A DNA stretch of 64,000 bases, taken from positions 1,664,001 to 1,728,000 of the forward strand of contig CP166615.1 of assembly GCA_041937175.2 (NCBI GenBank), read 5' to 3'. The notes beneath the pieces were generated by a model. It was given only the letters and a program-made list of their open reading frames with translations. It searched no databases and had not been told where the DNA came from. Shown here piece by piece: positions 22,870-32,486 of the stretch. Numbering within the stretch: the first letter of the stretch is position 1; each line of letters starts with the position of its first letter. Both the position numbers and the translations under genes were made by a program. This DNA is from Limnothrix sp. BL-A-16. Lineage in GTDB: Bacteria; Cyanobacteriota; Cyanobacteriia; CACIAM-69d.

Positions 22870-25230
22870 CTAGGGTTGGTAGAAGGCTTTGTTGGTGCGA
22901 TCGATCTGGCGTGGGGCATCGAACGATCGATAGAGTTCTTGGGCGCGATCAAGAGATTCTTGAGCCTTGACCGAGTTGCCCATATCCCGATAGGTCAATG
23001 CTTGGAAAAAGTAAGCTTCCGCTAAATCACAGATGGCAGAAATCTTATCAAGGGTCTGAATTGCAGTTTGTTGATAATCCAGGGAGTGATCATAATCTTT
23101 ATCTCGATACAGTTCTCCCAAAATAGATTGAGCTTTAGCTTGCCCTTGAAAGAACGATGACTCTGATGCAAAAAACAAAGCTTCTTCTAATAAGGTGAGA
23201 CTCTGGGATTTGTCTTTTAAATTCAGCATGGCTCGACCCGAAAAGATCAAAAAATATACTCTTCCCCATACAGTTGAATCAGATTTATGTAAATCAAATA
23301 ATTTTCTGGAATCATCTAGTAGATATTTTATTTCTTTGATTTCTGCCTTTGCTATTGATTTGGAAATTTCTTCTTCCGATCTTATCATTGCCTCCATTGC
23401 TTGAAGAAGAGGCTGATAAACATCAGTTGAGGGTGGTTGTGATTCTTCTATGGCTAAGTCAAGGTTTTGAAGACATTTTCTCAAGTCCCACAAATCAAAA
23501 TAGCAATTTACCAAGTTGATATAAGCACAGATTTTGAGTCGAACTTGATTGGGGGTTAACAAACTAGATTCACAAGAAGTGATACAAGCAAGAGATTTAG
23601 AGTGAAATTGAATACCCTTTATAGGGTCGCCAGACATCCAAAAAGAGTCACCAATCAAGTTGTAGAGGTGATATATCATGGGGTGATCTGGGAGAATCGC
23701 TGCCAGATTCTGGCATGTCTCGCAAACTTCCGTAAATAAACCTAGCCTCCATAGATCAGAGCCGAGACTCTGATCCTTACCCCAAATATTTTTTCGTTTT
23801 TTGATTATTGTTTCTAATGCCAACTCATATTCACTGGCAATGTAGTAGTGATAATAAGCTTCAAGGGCAGATCTGGCATCGACAATATCTAGAATTTGTC
23901 CAACGAATTGATCCCAATATTCAGCTGCCTTCGTATGGACTTGATGCCATTGACTAGTATCTACTTCTAAGCGATTTCTGGCTTCAGCTTGAATGACAGG
24001 ATGCAACCAAAATTCCTGAGAAGATGATTCGATCAGTTTTCTTTGTTTCAGGAAGATAATTAGTTTATACTTATGGGAGTCTTCAACATCCCACATCATA
24101 ACAAGCAAAGCTTCGGCGGGAACTTTAGGTACGTCCTGATAGCGATAGCATCCCATTCGACAGAGCAATTTGTAAGCTAGAGAATTGACCTTTTCTAGCC
24201 GATCAAATTGCCCAGCGATTAGAGATTTTAATTCTGGGTTTGCCAACAAATCATTGCGGTAAATTTCCCAGAAACCTGTTAGATTCCCAGAAAAATCAGT
24301 AATAATCTCACCGCATAAACTGCTCATGGCTTTGGCATTTCCACCGTAGGCTTTGTGCATTTCTGCTAAGACAGTTTCATCGATCGCCACTTGCTGCCCC
24401 AAGAAATAAGCCCGCCAAGTTTCCAGATCCAAACCTGAGAGCGAATATTCGGTGATGCCACATTCATAAACCCGGCTACGACTGGTCAGAACCGTAAACG
24501 ATCGCACCGAAGGCTCTGTTAAAACCTCCAACAGATCCACATAGTTACGATGCTCAGGAATGAGCTTGCCAACTTCATCCAAAGCCGGTTCTAGATTGTC
24601 AATTAAAATCCCCACTTGCTTGTCTTGGAGCTGGCGGCGCAATCGCAACAAAGACGTGCCAAAATCGCGTCCCGCGTTTTGTTGAAACTCATTCACCAGC
24701 CAATCTTCAACCACACTCTCAGCAGGCGTAATATTCTTGGTTTCCTTCGCCATCGACAACTCAAGCACCTGCTCAAACCGCGATCGCAAAAAATTCCGCG
24801 CCAGCGTGGTTTTGCCCACACCGCCCACACCCTGAATCACGATCGCCCGATGTTGCGCCGCCAACCGATCGAGATCCGCTAGCGCCTGCTCCCGCCCCAA
24901 AAAATTGAGATTCAACCGATCGCCCGACATTGCCAATAACCGTCCCGCACCAACAAGCTCCGTTGATGCCACTGAGATTGAATTTGTGTTGGCTGGCGGC
25001 TGGGGATCAGCTCCCGTGTCAATCAGCTCGCGCCAGTCCAAGGCCAGTCGATCGCAAATTTCGCTAAATATTGATCGATCAACCGACCCACCATTGAAAA
25101 ATTTTGAGATCGTACTGCGGTGAATCAACAGATCTTCCGACAACGCCTGGTGACTGGGATAGCCACTGCGCGTAAAAGCTCGCTTGACCAATTCCCGCTT
25201 ATTTTCCGCAACGCAGAGCGATCGACCCAT
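22870..25230 (-). CDS. HTH (XRE-like) + NB-ARC/STAND NTPase + TPR protein
   Basis: N-terminal SHQALSEDLLIHRSTISKFFNG helix-turn-helix; FLGRE; Walker A GVGGVGKT; Walker B ILIDNLE; LHPVI; TPR-like C-terminus. Confidence 0.85.
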   Translation of the reverse strand: MGRSLCVAENKRELVKRAFTRSGYPSHQALSEDLLIHRSTISKFFNGGSVDRSIFSEICDRLALDWRELIDTGADPQPPANTNSISVASTELVGAGRLLAMSGDRLNLNFLGREQALADLDRLAAQHRAIVIQGVGGVGKTTLARNFLRSRFEQVLELSMAKETKNITPAESVVEDWLVNEFQQNAGRDFGTSLLRLRRQLQDKQVGILIDNLEPALDEVGKLIPEHRNYVDLLEVLTEPSVRSFTVLTSRSRVYECGITEYSLSGLDLETWRAYFLGQQVAIDETVLAEMHKAYGGNAKAMSSLCGEIITDFSGNLTGFWEIYRNDLLANPELKSLIAGQFDRLEKVNSLAYKLLCRMGCYRYQDVPKVPAEALLVMMWDVEDSHKYKLIIFLKQRKLIESSSQEFWLHPVIQAEARNRLEVDTSQWHQVHTKAAEYWDQFVGQILDIVDARSALEAYYHYYIASEYELALETIIKKRKNIWGKDQSLGSDLWRLGLFTEVCETCQNLAAILPDHPMIYHLYNLIGDSFWMSGDPIKGIQFHSKSLACITSCESSLLTPNQVRLKICAYINLVNCYFDLWDLRKCLQNLDLAIEESQPPSTDVYQPLLQAMEAMIRSEEEISKSIAKAEIKEIKYLLDDSRKLFDLHKSDSTVWGRVYFLIFSGRAMLNLKDKSQSLTLLEEALFFASESSFFQGQAKAQSILGELYRDKDYDHSLDYQQTAIQTLDKISAICDLAEAYFFQALTYRDMGNSVKAQESLDRAQELYRSFDAPRQIDRTNKAFYQP

Positions 25231-25345
25231 AGGACGCAGCACAGTAGGGAGAGCAGTTGCCTCATTATAAAAGGCGAAACCTTAGCCCTTCTCAGTGTTG
25301 GCGGCGATCGCTGGGTGACGAGTCACGCCACCCAGCGCCCCAGTC

Positions 25346-25606
25346 CTAGCCCACACGCACCACCAACTGATTACCGTTGTCGTAGCCCACAACCTCCAGG
25401 CGATCGCCCTCTTTGAGCTGCAACCCGTCCCCATTGGCGATCGACCAATAGGACGACTGAAACCACACCCGCCAACCCCCAGTCACCGAGCTGCGATATT
25501 TGACGATCGCCGTCCCGATCGCCGCCGCCTTGCGATCGCCATAGCGCCGCACTTGTTGACTGGCTTGCACACCCACCGCAGACGACCACAACAGTCCCAT
25601 CGACAT
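25346..25606 (-). CDS. NfeD C-terminal-like (OB-fold) small protein
   Basis: GWRVWFQSSYW...LKEGDRLEVVGYDNGNQLVV. Confidence 0.65.
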   Translation of the reverse strand: MSMGLLWSSAVGVQASQQVRRYGDRKAAAIGTAIVKYRSSVTGGWRVWFQSSYWSIANGDGLQLKEGDRLEVVGYDNGNQLVVRVG

Positions 25607-25891
25607 GACCTTGACCTCTCACAACTCTCTAAACAGCGGTGTTTGAACCGATGAATTTAGTTTGAGCGACGGCTGTTGGAGTTACGGATGGTACTGCGTG
25701 GGTGGCTGTCGGACTTGCTGAGGCAATTTGTCGGACTTGTGTTGAAGTTGTGGGCGATCGCCCGCAGAAACATTTTGGCAGTGACCCTCGAAGATTATCG
25801 TACTAAAATCAAGTGACGGTTGCTGTAACCGTCGTTGTTACAGCCGCTGTTGCGGCCGTTCAAATAGTCTCTGATGGAGGAGGCGCGATCG

Positions 25892-26323
25892 ATGAAAGGT
25901 CACTGTCTGTGTGGGGCGATCGCCATTGAAGTTCCCGACAGAACCACCGTGGAGGCTTGTCACTGTGGGATGTGTCGTCGATGGAGTGGTGGCCCAGCGT
26001 TGGGGATTGCTTGCGGTTCCGATGTGCAAATCGAAGGAAGCGAGAAACTGAAGGTTTACCGATCGTCAGACTGGGCCGAGCGAGCATTTTGCGGTGAATG
26101 CGGCACTCATTTGTTTTATCGGCTGGTTCCTACTCAGGACTATTTTGTGCCAGCGGGATTATTTGCCGATGACCAGCCTTTTGAATTCACTGAGCAAATC
26201 TTTGTCGATCGCAAGCCCCATTACTATGACTTTGCGAATCAGACGGTGAACCTGACGGAGGCGGAAGTGTTTGCTAAGTTTGCCGCGATCGCCCCTGACT
26301 CCTCGGAAGGGGAACCCGCATAG
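25892..26323 (+). CDS. GFA / CENP-V family Zn-binding protein
   Basis: GHCLCGAI, CHCGMCRR, RAFCGECGTHL. Confidence 0.92.
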   Translation: MKGHCLCGAIAIEVPDRTTVEACHCGMCRRWSGGPALGIACGSDVQIEGSEKLKVYRSSDWAERAFCGECGTHLFYRLVPTQDYFVPAGLFADDQPFEFTEQIFVDRKPHYYDFANQTVNLTEAEVFAKFAAIAPDSSEGEPA

Positions 26324-26534
26324 TTCCGAATTAATTTGCTGAGTTGAAATGCCCCATGATTTTGAGTTTCCAACTCGATCAGGGCATTGCAGTTTTGACT
26401 GTGAATCATGAAAAACACTGGCAGGGCGATCGATTATTTTCGATCAACTTGCCAGTGTTTTTGATGGACTGGTTGTCTATGGATTGCCCCAAAAGCCCAT
26501 CAACGTTGATTTCTGGGTTGCAAAAATGCAGTTC

Positions 26535-27443
26535 CTAGATTTGCTCGGGAACCCCAATTTTCATCACCTTCATGGGAGTGGTGATCCGTCTGGATTGCAA
26601 GGCTGCGGCGAACTGTTCCGGTGTACCCGGCAACGAGAACAAGCCGTAGTGCATGGGCACCACTAATTTGGGGCGCACCAATTCCACCGCTTCAGCGGCG
26701 CGATCGGGGCCCATGGTGAATTTGCCGCCAATGCAGGTCAACATCAAATCCACGGGGCCAAATTTAGGAATTAGGGCCATATCTCCGAACAGGTCTGTAT
26801 CGCCAGTGTGGTAAAGGGTGGGGCCGTTTTTCACCTTGATCCAAAAGCCACCTGGGTTTCCTGCATAAAAGGGTTGCGGGTTGCCATCGGTGCTGACGGT
26901 GGAACTATGAACCGCTGGCACGAAGGCCACTTCCACATCCCCGTCCAGCAAGGAAATTTGACCGCCAAAGTTACCGAGGGCCGGAAATTGCATTTGTTCT
27001 TGGGGGTAGCCCAACACGGAAACCAGGGCCTTGGCTAGGTCAAAGGTGGCCACCAGTTGGGCTCCGGTTTTTTTGCCGATCGCCACGGCATCTCCCACAT
27101 GGTCGTTGTGTCCATGGGTGATGAGCACCAAATCAGCGCGATCGAGCTGGTTCAGGACTGCTTTGCCTTCGGGGTTGGCCGGATTTTGCAGCCAGGGATC
27201 GAGCCACAGCACTTTGCCCGAAGGGGTGGTGAGCTTGAAGGCCGATTGGCCATACCAAACCAGTTCCGTGCCGCCGGGGGTTGCGGCCTGGCTGGGCTGG
27301 GTGGCTCCCCAACTGACGATGCCCCCGATCGCGGCCAGGCCAATGACCAACATGGTTAAGAGTCCCCATTTCAGACTGCCCAAGGGGGGCCAGTGGGGTC
27401 GCCAACGGGGCGATCGCGCCGCCAAATTACGCATACTGATCAA
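26535..27443 (-). CDS. Exported metallo-beta-lactamase-fold hydrolase (UPF0173-like)
   Basis: ITHGHNDHVGD, YHTGDT, PMHY; N-terminal TM/signal. Confidence 0.88.
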   Translation of the reverse strand: MISMRNLAARSPRWRPHWPPLGSLKWGLLTMLVIGLAAIGGIVSWGATQPSQAATPGGTELVWYGQSAFKLTTPSGKVLWLDPWLQNPANPEGKAVLNQLDRADLVLITHGHNDHVGDAVAIGKKTGAQLVATFDLAKALVSVLGYPQEQMQFPALGNFGGQISLLDGDVEVAFVPAVHSSTVSTDGNPQPFYAGNPGGFWIKVKNGPTLYHTGDTDLFGDMALIPKFGPVDLMLTCIGGKFTMGPDRAAEAVELVRPKLVVPMHYGLFSLPGTPEQFAAALQSRRITTPMKVMKIGVPEQI

Positions 27444-27745
27444 CCTCTTAATCTCTGAATTTCTGCAACCAAGGTTCTACGCAGGCTTGACGAAGGCTCG
27501 ACGGTCGAGTTTTCTCGAAGTTTTGCGATCGAATCACCGTCCCATCACCCCCTCATCACCGCTCCAAACGGCATGAGGCGATCGATCCTCTGCGGAGATA
27601 ATGACTACCCCATTTAGAATTCCCTGGGGTAGATCAAGCCAATGGTAAAGTAGACGGCGTTTGGTGTGCGGGTGCTAACGGCATTCTTGGGCCCCGCTCC
27701 CTTAATTTCCCGTCACTTTCCTGTTTTTTGAGGCGATTATTTCGC

Positions 27746-28690
27746 ATGAGTAGCAATCCCCCAAGCATCGCTAACCATCCCGCTCTGGTGGATCAAAATG
27801 AGCCAGGCGATCGCTCTGGGGAAATAGCCTATCCTGCTTTTTCTTTGGTGTTGCCGGTTTTTAATGAAGAATTGGGCGTTGCCCCCACCATTGAACATTT
27901 GCAAGCCACCCTCAGGGCCTATCCGGGTGTCTATGAAATCATTGCGGTGAACGATGGTTCCAGCGATCGAACCGGTGAAATTTTGCATCAACTGCCCGGT
28001 CTTCGGGTCATTGATCACAACATCAATCGGGGCTATGGTGCGGCCTTAAAAACCGGAATTCGTCACGCCAAATATTCTTTGATTGTGATTACCGATGCGG
28101 ATGGAACCTATCCCAATGAACGGATTCCAGCCTTGGTGAATTTAATTCAACTGGCGGAAGCGGACATGGTTGTGGGGTCGCGAACTGGGGAGAATGTGCA
28201 ATATTCCAATTTGCGGAAAATTCCCAAGTGGTTTCTCGTTCGCTTTGCGGAGTGGATTACCAAAACCAAGATTCCTGATTTGAACAGTGGCTTGCGGATT
28301 TTTCGGAAGGAAATTGTCGATCAATTTTTGAATATTTTGCCCAATACCTTTAGCTTCACCACCACCATTACGGTGGCCATGCTCACCAATGGCTATACGG
28401 TGCATTACGAGCCGATCGACTATCACCCGCGCCAAGGCCGCAGCAAAATTAAACCGATTCGGGATACTTTGCGATTTGTGCAAATTATTCTGCGCACGGG
28501 GCTTTATTTTGCGCCGATGCGAATTTTGATGCCCGTTTCAGCGGCCTTTGCGATCGGGTTTTGTGTTTCGTTGGCGCAAGATATCTTTGTGCGCAATGAC
28601 TTGACGGAAACCACCCTAATTCTGCTGTTGGCTGCCACCCAAACGGCCATTTTGGCCTTGCTGGCCGACATGATTGATAAACGGCTTTGA
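27746..28690 (+). CDS. Glycosyltransferase family 2 (Dpm1-like) with C-terminal TMs
   Basis: LPVFNEE, VNDGSSDRT, NRGYGAALKTG, TDADGTY. Confidence 0.9.
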   Translation: MSSNPPSIANHPALVDQNEPGDRSGEIAYPAFSLVLPVFNEELGVAPTIEHLQATLRAYPGVYEIIAVNDGSSDRTGEILHQLPGLRVIDHNINRGYGAALKTGIRHAKYSLIVITDADGTYPNERIPALVNLIQLAEADMVVGSRTGENVQYSNLRKIPKWFLVRFAEWITKTKIPDLNSGLRIFRKEIVDQFLNILPNTFSFTTTITVAMLTNGYTVHYEPIDYHPRQGRSKIKPIRDTLRFVQIILRTGLYFAPMRILMPVSAAFAIGFCVSLAQDIFVRNDLTETTLILLLAATQTAILALLADMIDKRL

Positions 28691-28769
28691 GGGCTGTTTC
28701 GTGGGTTTTACGTGGCGTTTGCGTGGGCTTGGCGAGTCAGCGCGAATCAACCGATCGCCCCGTGGCCCC

Positions 28770-29378
28770 TTAAAACTTATTGGGTTCGGGCTTGGGGGCT
28801 TCGCAGGGTTGCCGCACCAACGTGCCATTGGGCAGGGTTGCCCCACATAACTCGGCTCCGTCGCTCCGAATATTCACCAGGTGAGCATCTCTGAGGTTGG
28901 CATTGGCCAAGCTGGCTCCCCGCAAGTCCGCGAACATCAAATTAGAACGAGCAAAGTTCACTCGATCGAGCTGGGCTGCACTGAAATTGGTGGCCCGTAA
29001 ATTCGCCCGTTCTAAGTTGGCTCCCCGAAAATCGGCCCTGGTGCAGTCGGCTGCGCCTAAGTTGGCCTCTGCCAAGTTTGCCCGCTGGAGATTGACGTTT
29101 CGCAGGTTGGCTCCGTAGAGGTTCGCCGATCGCAGATCCGCGTCTTGCAGGTTCAAACTGGTGAGGTCTCGATAGCGCAAATCGCAGCCTTGGCAACGGT
29201 TGAAAGCCCGCAGTTGCGCCAGCGGATCCAAATTGGGACGGGCGGCAGAAACTTGGGCCACAGGGGCCAACGGCAACCCGATCGCCAGGCCGACCCCCAA
29301 AGCCATGCCCCTGATCGGCCCTAAACGGGCCAGTCGATCAAGATTGCGCCAAGACTGGTGAGCGGTAATTTTGGCCAC
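28770..29378 (-). CDS. Pentapeptide repeat protein
   Basis: CQGCDL followed by A(N/D)Lxx repeats. Confidence 0.88.
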   Translation of the reverse strand: MAKITAHQSWRNLDRLARLGPIRGMALGVGLAIGLPLAPVAQVSAARPNLDPLAQLRAFNRCQGCDLRYRDLTSLNLQDADLRSANLYGANLRNVNLQRANLAEANLGAADCTRADFRGANLERANLRATNFSAAQLDRVNFARSNLMFADLRGASLANANLRDAHLVNIRSDGAELCGATLPNGTLVRQPCEAPKPEPNKF

Positions 29379-29605
29379 GAATCCAAATCCTCAGGGGAAA
29401 TTGCCAATGATGACGGGGTTAGGGTGCAACGTTCGGCAGCAACGCTTGGGAAAGCGCCTCTATCCTAGCCAGACCCGGGGGCAACTGGCAGCCACTGAAG
29501 ACCGCCTGATCGCCCCCAACGCACTGCTCGCGAAAAAACCTTGAAAAACCTTGGTCAAAGCTTTGCGTTTTTTCAAGAGATCATGGTATGGTGATAACCC
29601 GTTGC

Positions 29606-29679
29606 GGACGTATAGCTCAGTTGGTTAGAGCACCACGTTGACATCGTGGGGGTCACTGGTTCGAGTCCAGTTACGTCCA
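29606..29679 (+). tRNA. tRNA-Val(GAC)
   Basis: GGACGTATAGCTCAGTTGGTTAGAGCACCACGTTGACATCGTGGGGGTCACTGGTTCGAGTCCAGTTACGTCCA. Confidence 0.96.
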
Positions 29680-29740
29680 TTCAGGCTCCGCAAATTCTTC
29701 TACAACACCTGGTAAAAGAATCTGGCAAAAATTAGCCGAA

Positions 29741-30181
29741 TCATTTGCTCGATCGCAATTGGGTGACCAACGCCCGCAGCCCCAACCGGTAGCTTTCGGG
29801 GCCAAAACCGGAAATTTGCCCGATCGCCACGGGAGCAATATAGGAATGGTGGCGGAAGCTCTCCCGTTTGTGGATATTGCTGAGATGTACTTCCACGGTG
29901 GGAATCGCAACCCCGGCGATCGCGTCGCGGATGGCCACGCTGGTGTGGGTGTAGCCACCGGGATTCATCACCAAACCGTCAAATTGCCCCAGAGCTTCAT
30001 GGATCCAGTCAATTAAGGTTCCTTCGTGGTTGGACTGGCGACAGTCGATCGCCACTTGCAGCTCTGCCGCATCCTGTTCCAAACGTTCGTTAATGGCCGC
30101 CAGGGTCAGGGTTCCATAGACTCCCGGTTCCCGTTGCCCCAGCAAATTCAGATTAGGGCCATGCAAAATCAAGATTTTCAC
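29741..30181 (-). CDS. aroQ: Type II 3-dehydroquinate dehydratase
   Basis: [34 protein letters not shown]. Confidence 0.97.
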   Translation of the reverse strand: MKILILHGPNLNLLGQREPGVYGTLTLAAINERLEQDAAELQVAIDCRQSNHEGTLIDWIHEALGQFDGLVMNPGGYTHTSVAIRDAIAGVAIPTVEVHLSNIHKRESFRHHSYIAPVAIGQISGFGPESYRLGLRALVTQLRSSK

Positions 30182-30326
30182 GCGGATTTCGGCGCTCTTT
30201 CGCGGTCTAATTCAAGGGATTGAGTAGCCCATTCTCGCAAAATTTCAGCCCCAGTTTTTCTGAGGGTTACGCCAACCTCAGCTCGGAATTCGCTACCCCA
30301 ATCTCCTAACTCCACCGTGGCGAGAT

Positions 30327-30358
30327 CGTGGGGGGCAAGGGGCTTAAGCCCCTTGTCT
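30327..30358. repeat. REP-like palindromic dispersed repeat, copy 2 (opposite orientation)
   Basis: tcgtggggggCAAGGGGCTTAAGCCCCTTGtc. Confidence 0.8.
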
Positions 30359-30362
30359 GCCA

Positions 30363-30433
30363 TGGTTGGGTCTGCCGTGGTTGGGACTGCCGTGGTTGGG
30401 ACTGCCGTACTTGGGACTGCCGTACTTGGGACT
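30363..30433 (+). repeat. 15-bp tandem repeat, about 4.7 copies of T(GG/AC)TTGGGACTGCCG
   Basis: Read directly from sequence. Confidence 0.9.
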
Positions 30434-31065
30434 ATGGTTTGGATCAGAAAATCAGCATTTCCATGGGGTTAACTGACCGTGCCCAACCCCTTCTTAAAGC
30501 ACAAGCAAGAGGATAGTCCCCTTGCTTGGCGAATCGTCGGTTTAAATCGGTTGTTGAAAGATACGAACGCTTGACGCTAACTTCTCAGGACAAATATCCA
30601 ATTAGCGGCGGCGATAGGCGCGATCATCCACAGGCACGGGGATCGGTTCCGCCTCCGGCTGGGCCTGTGGGCCAAGCAGCGCTTCGATCACCTTCTGTGC
30701 CCACTGTTTCAGCTTTTCTATCACCTGTTCGATATAGTCCATTAATCGAAGGCTCCTTGACGGCGGTTCGATCGACTGTTGAGGGATCGCTCAGAGTCGC
30801 ATGTCTTTAGATTAACCCAATCCTCTGTTGAGATGGTGCAAATTTGGTTGCAGTTTGCCCATTGATTTTGCCCTGAATCCCGATCGAAGGACGGGGTGGC
30901 CGCTCTGGGGCGTTAGGTATGGATCCGTTAAATTTGCTAAATTTGCGAAGTTAAGTGTAAAGCCGAGCGCAATGTTGTGCCCTTGGCGCGGGGCTGACCG
31001 ATGCTTTGGCTCTCCTGCGCTCTGGTTAGGGAACGAGCGATCGCGCAACGAGCAAGGACGAAACT

Positions 31066-31740
31066 GTGAGTGTAAGTGATCTGTTTACCAAGGGCGGCCC
31101 GGCCATGTGGCCGTTGTTAACGCTGTCGGTGCTGTCAGTGGGGACGGTCTTTGAGCGCTGTTGGTTTTGGGGGCGCATTTTGCTGCGGGAACGGGAAGTG
31201 GCCGATCGAATTTTGGAGTCGGCCCGCAATGACTGGAGCAGCGCCGGCCCGATCGCCAGCAAGGCCCGCGACCAACCGATCGGGCGGTTTTTGGCAGCTC
31301 CCCTAAAGCTGGAAGACCCAGACCCAGAACTCTTTCGCCTGGCCCTGGAGTCGGCCGCCGAAGAAGAACTCAGCGCCATGCGCAAGGGCGACAAACTGCT
31401 AGAGGCGGTGATTGCCCTCTCTCCCCTGTTGGGCCTGTTGGGTACGGTGTTGGGGCTGATTGGCTCCTTGGGATCCATCCGAATTGGGCAGTTGGGAACC
31501 GATGCCACGGCGGGGGTCACCCTGGGCATTGGGGAAGCACTGATCAGCACGGCGACGGGGTTGGTGGTGGCGATCGGGTCGTTGGCGTTTTATCGCCTCT
31601 TTCAAGGTTTAGTGTTTACCCAAGCCAAGCTGTTTCGGCGGGCGGGCAACGATTTGGAATTGCTCTATCGACAACTGTGGGCCCAGCGGCGCGATCGCCC
31701 CGTTCCCCATGGAGAAACGGAGCCAATCCCGGAAGCCTAG
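31066..31740 (+). CDS. exbB: MotA/TolQ/ExbB proton channel family protein
   Basis: [34 protein letters not shown]. Confidence 0.88.
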   Translation: MSVSDLFTKGGPAMWPLLTLSVLSVGTVFERCWFWGRILLREREVADRILESARNDWSSAGPIASKARDQPIGRFLAAPLKLEDPDPELFRLALESAAEEELSAMRKGDKLLEAVIALSPLLGLLGTVLGLIGSLGSIRIGQLGTDATAGVTLGIGEALISTATGLVVAIGSLAFYRLFQGLVFTQAKLFRRAGNDLELLYRQLWAQRRDRPVPHGETEPIPEA

Positions 31741-31919
31741 GATTTTTAATCCATTGCGATTGATTCTGTATTGATCTGCATTGACCTGTGCCGATCTGTC
31801 CCGATCTGTACTGATCCATTTCATATTGATACTGATCGCTATTGATCGATATTGATCGCGGCGATCAGCCACAGCCGATCGACCCTTGTTATCTCGACTT
31901 ATCATCGACCGTAGCGATT

Positions 31920-32204
31920 ATGGCGCTGTTAAATTCTGATTCCATGCGGCAAGCGTTAACCTGCGATCGCCTACCGCTGGCGGTTTACCGTGAACTGGCG
32001 GCCCACCTGAACTTGGTGGTTGGGGTGCAGGCGGTCTTGCTGCCCCAAACTTCCCAGGAGTTTGATTATTTGCAAAGTCAGGTGGGAGGCGTGGCGATCG
32101 AGCTGGATCCGGTGCTGGGCGATCGGGCCCGGCAGCAGGTGGAAGCCATTTTGAATCACTATGCCGATCGGTTTGGCCCCTGGCGATCGCTCCCCACGAC
32201 CTAA
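31920..32204 (+). CDS. Conserved cyanobacterial hypothetical protein
   Basis: LPLAVYRELAAHL...FDYLQSQVGG; likely ATG start at 31920. Confidence 0.6.
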   Translation: MALLNSDSMRQALTCDRLPLAVYRELAAHLNLVVGVQAVLLPQTSQEFDYLQSQVGGVAIELDPVLGDRARQQVEAILNHYADRFGPWRSLPTT

Positions 32205-32365
32205 GAGGATGTCTGCAAAGTCGAAACAGCAACCTTTTGGCTCTCATCAACCAGCGCTCTCATCAACCAGCAAGGACAAGCAACCAAGACAAGGGGCTTA
32301 AGCCCCTTGCCCCAACGATGACCAGTGCTTTGTAAGTACCCCAATTTGCTTCTCAGACATTCCCT
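32204..32365. mobile_element. MITE-like non-autonomous element containing REP-like palindrome copy 3
   Basis: Imperfect terminal inverted repeats AGAGGATGTCTG ... CAGACATTCCCT around CAAGGGGCTTAAGCCCCTTG; similar end CAGATATCCTCT follows copy 1 (~4114-4125). Confidence 0.5.
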
Positions 32366-32486
32366 AACAAGTTGCGGGGATTAATCAACAGAATTTGCAG
32401 GATCTCGGGGCCCCAACCGCTCTAGGATATTGAACGCTTCACCGCCATTTCAATTCGATTTTTTTACCTCGACTCGATCGCCTGCC

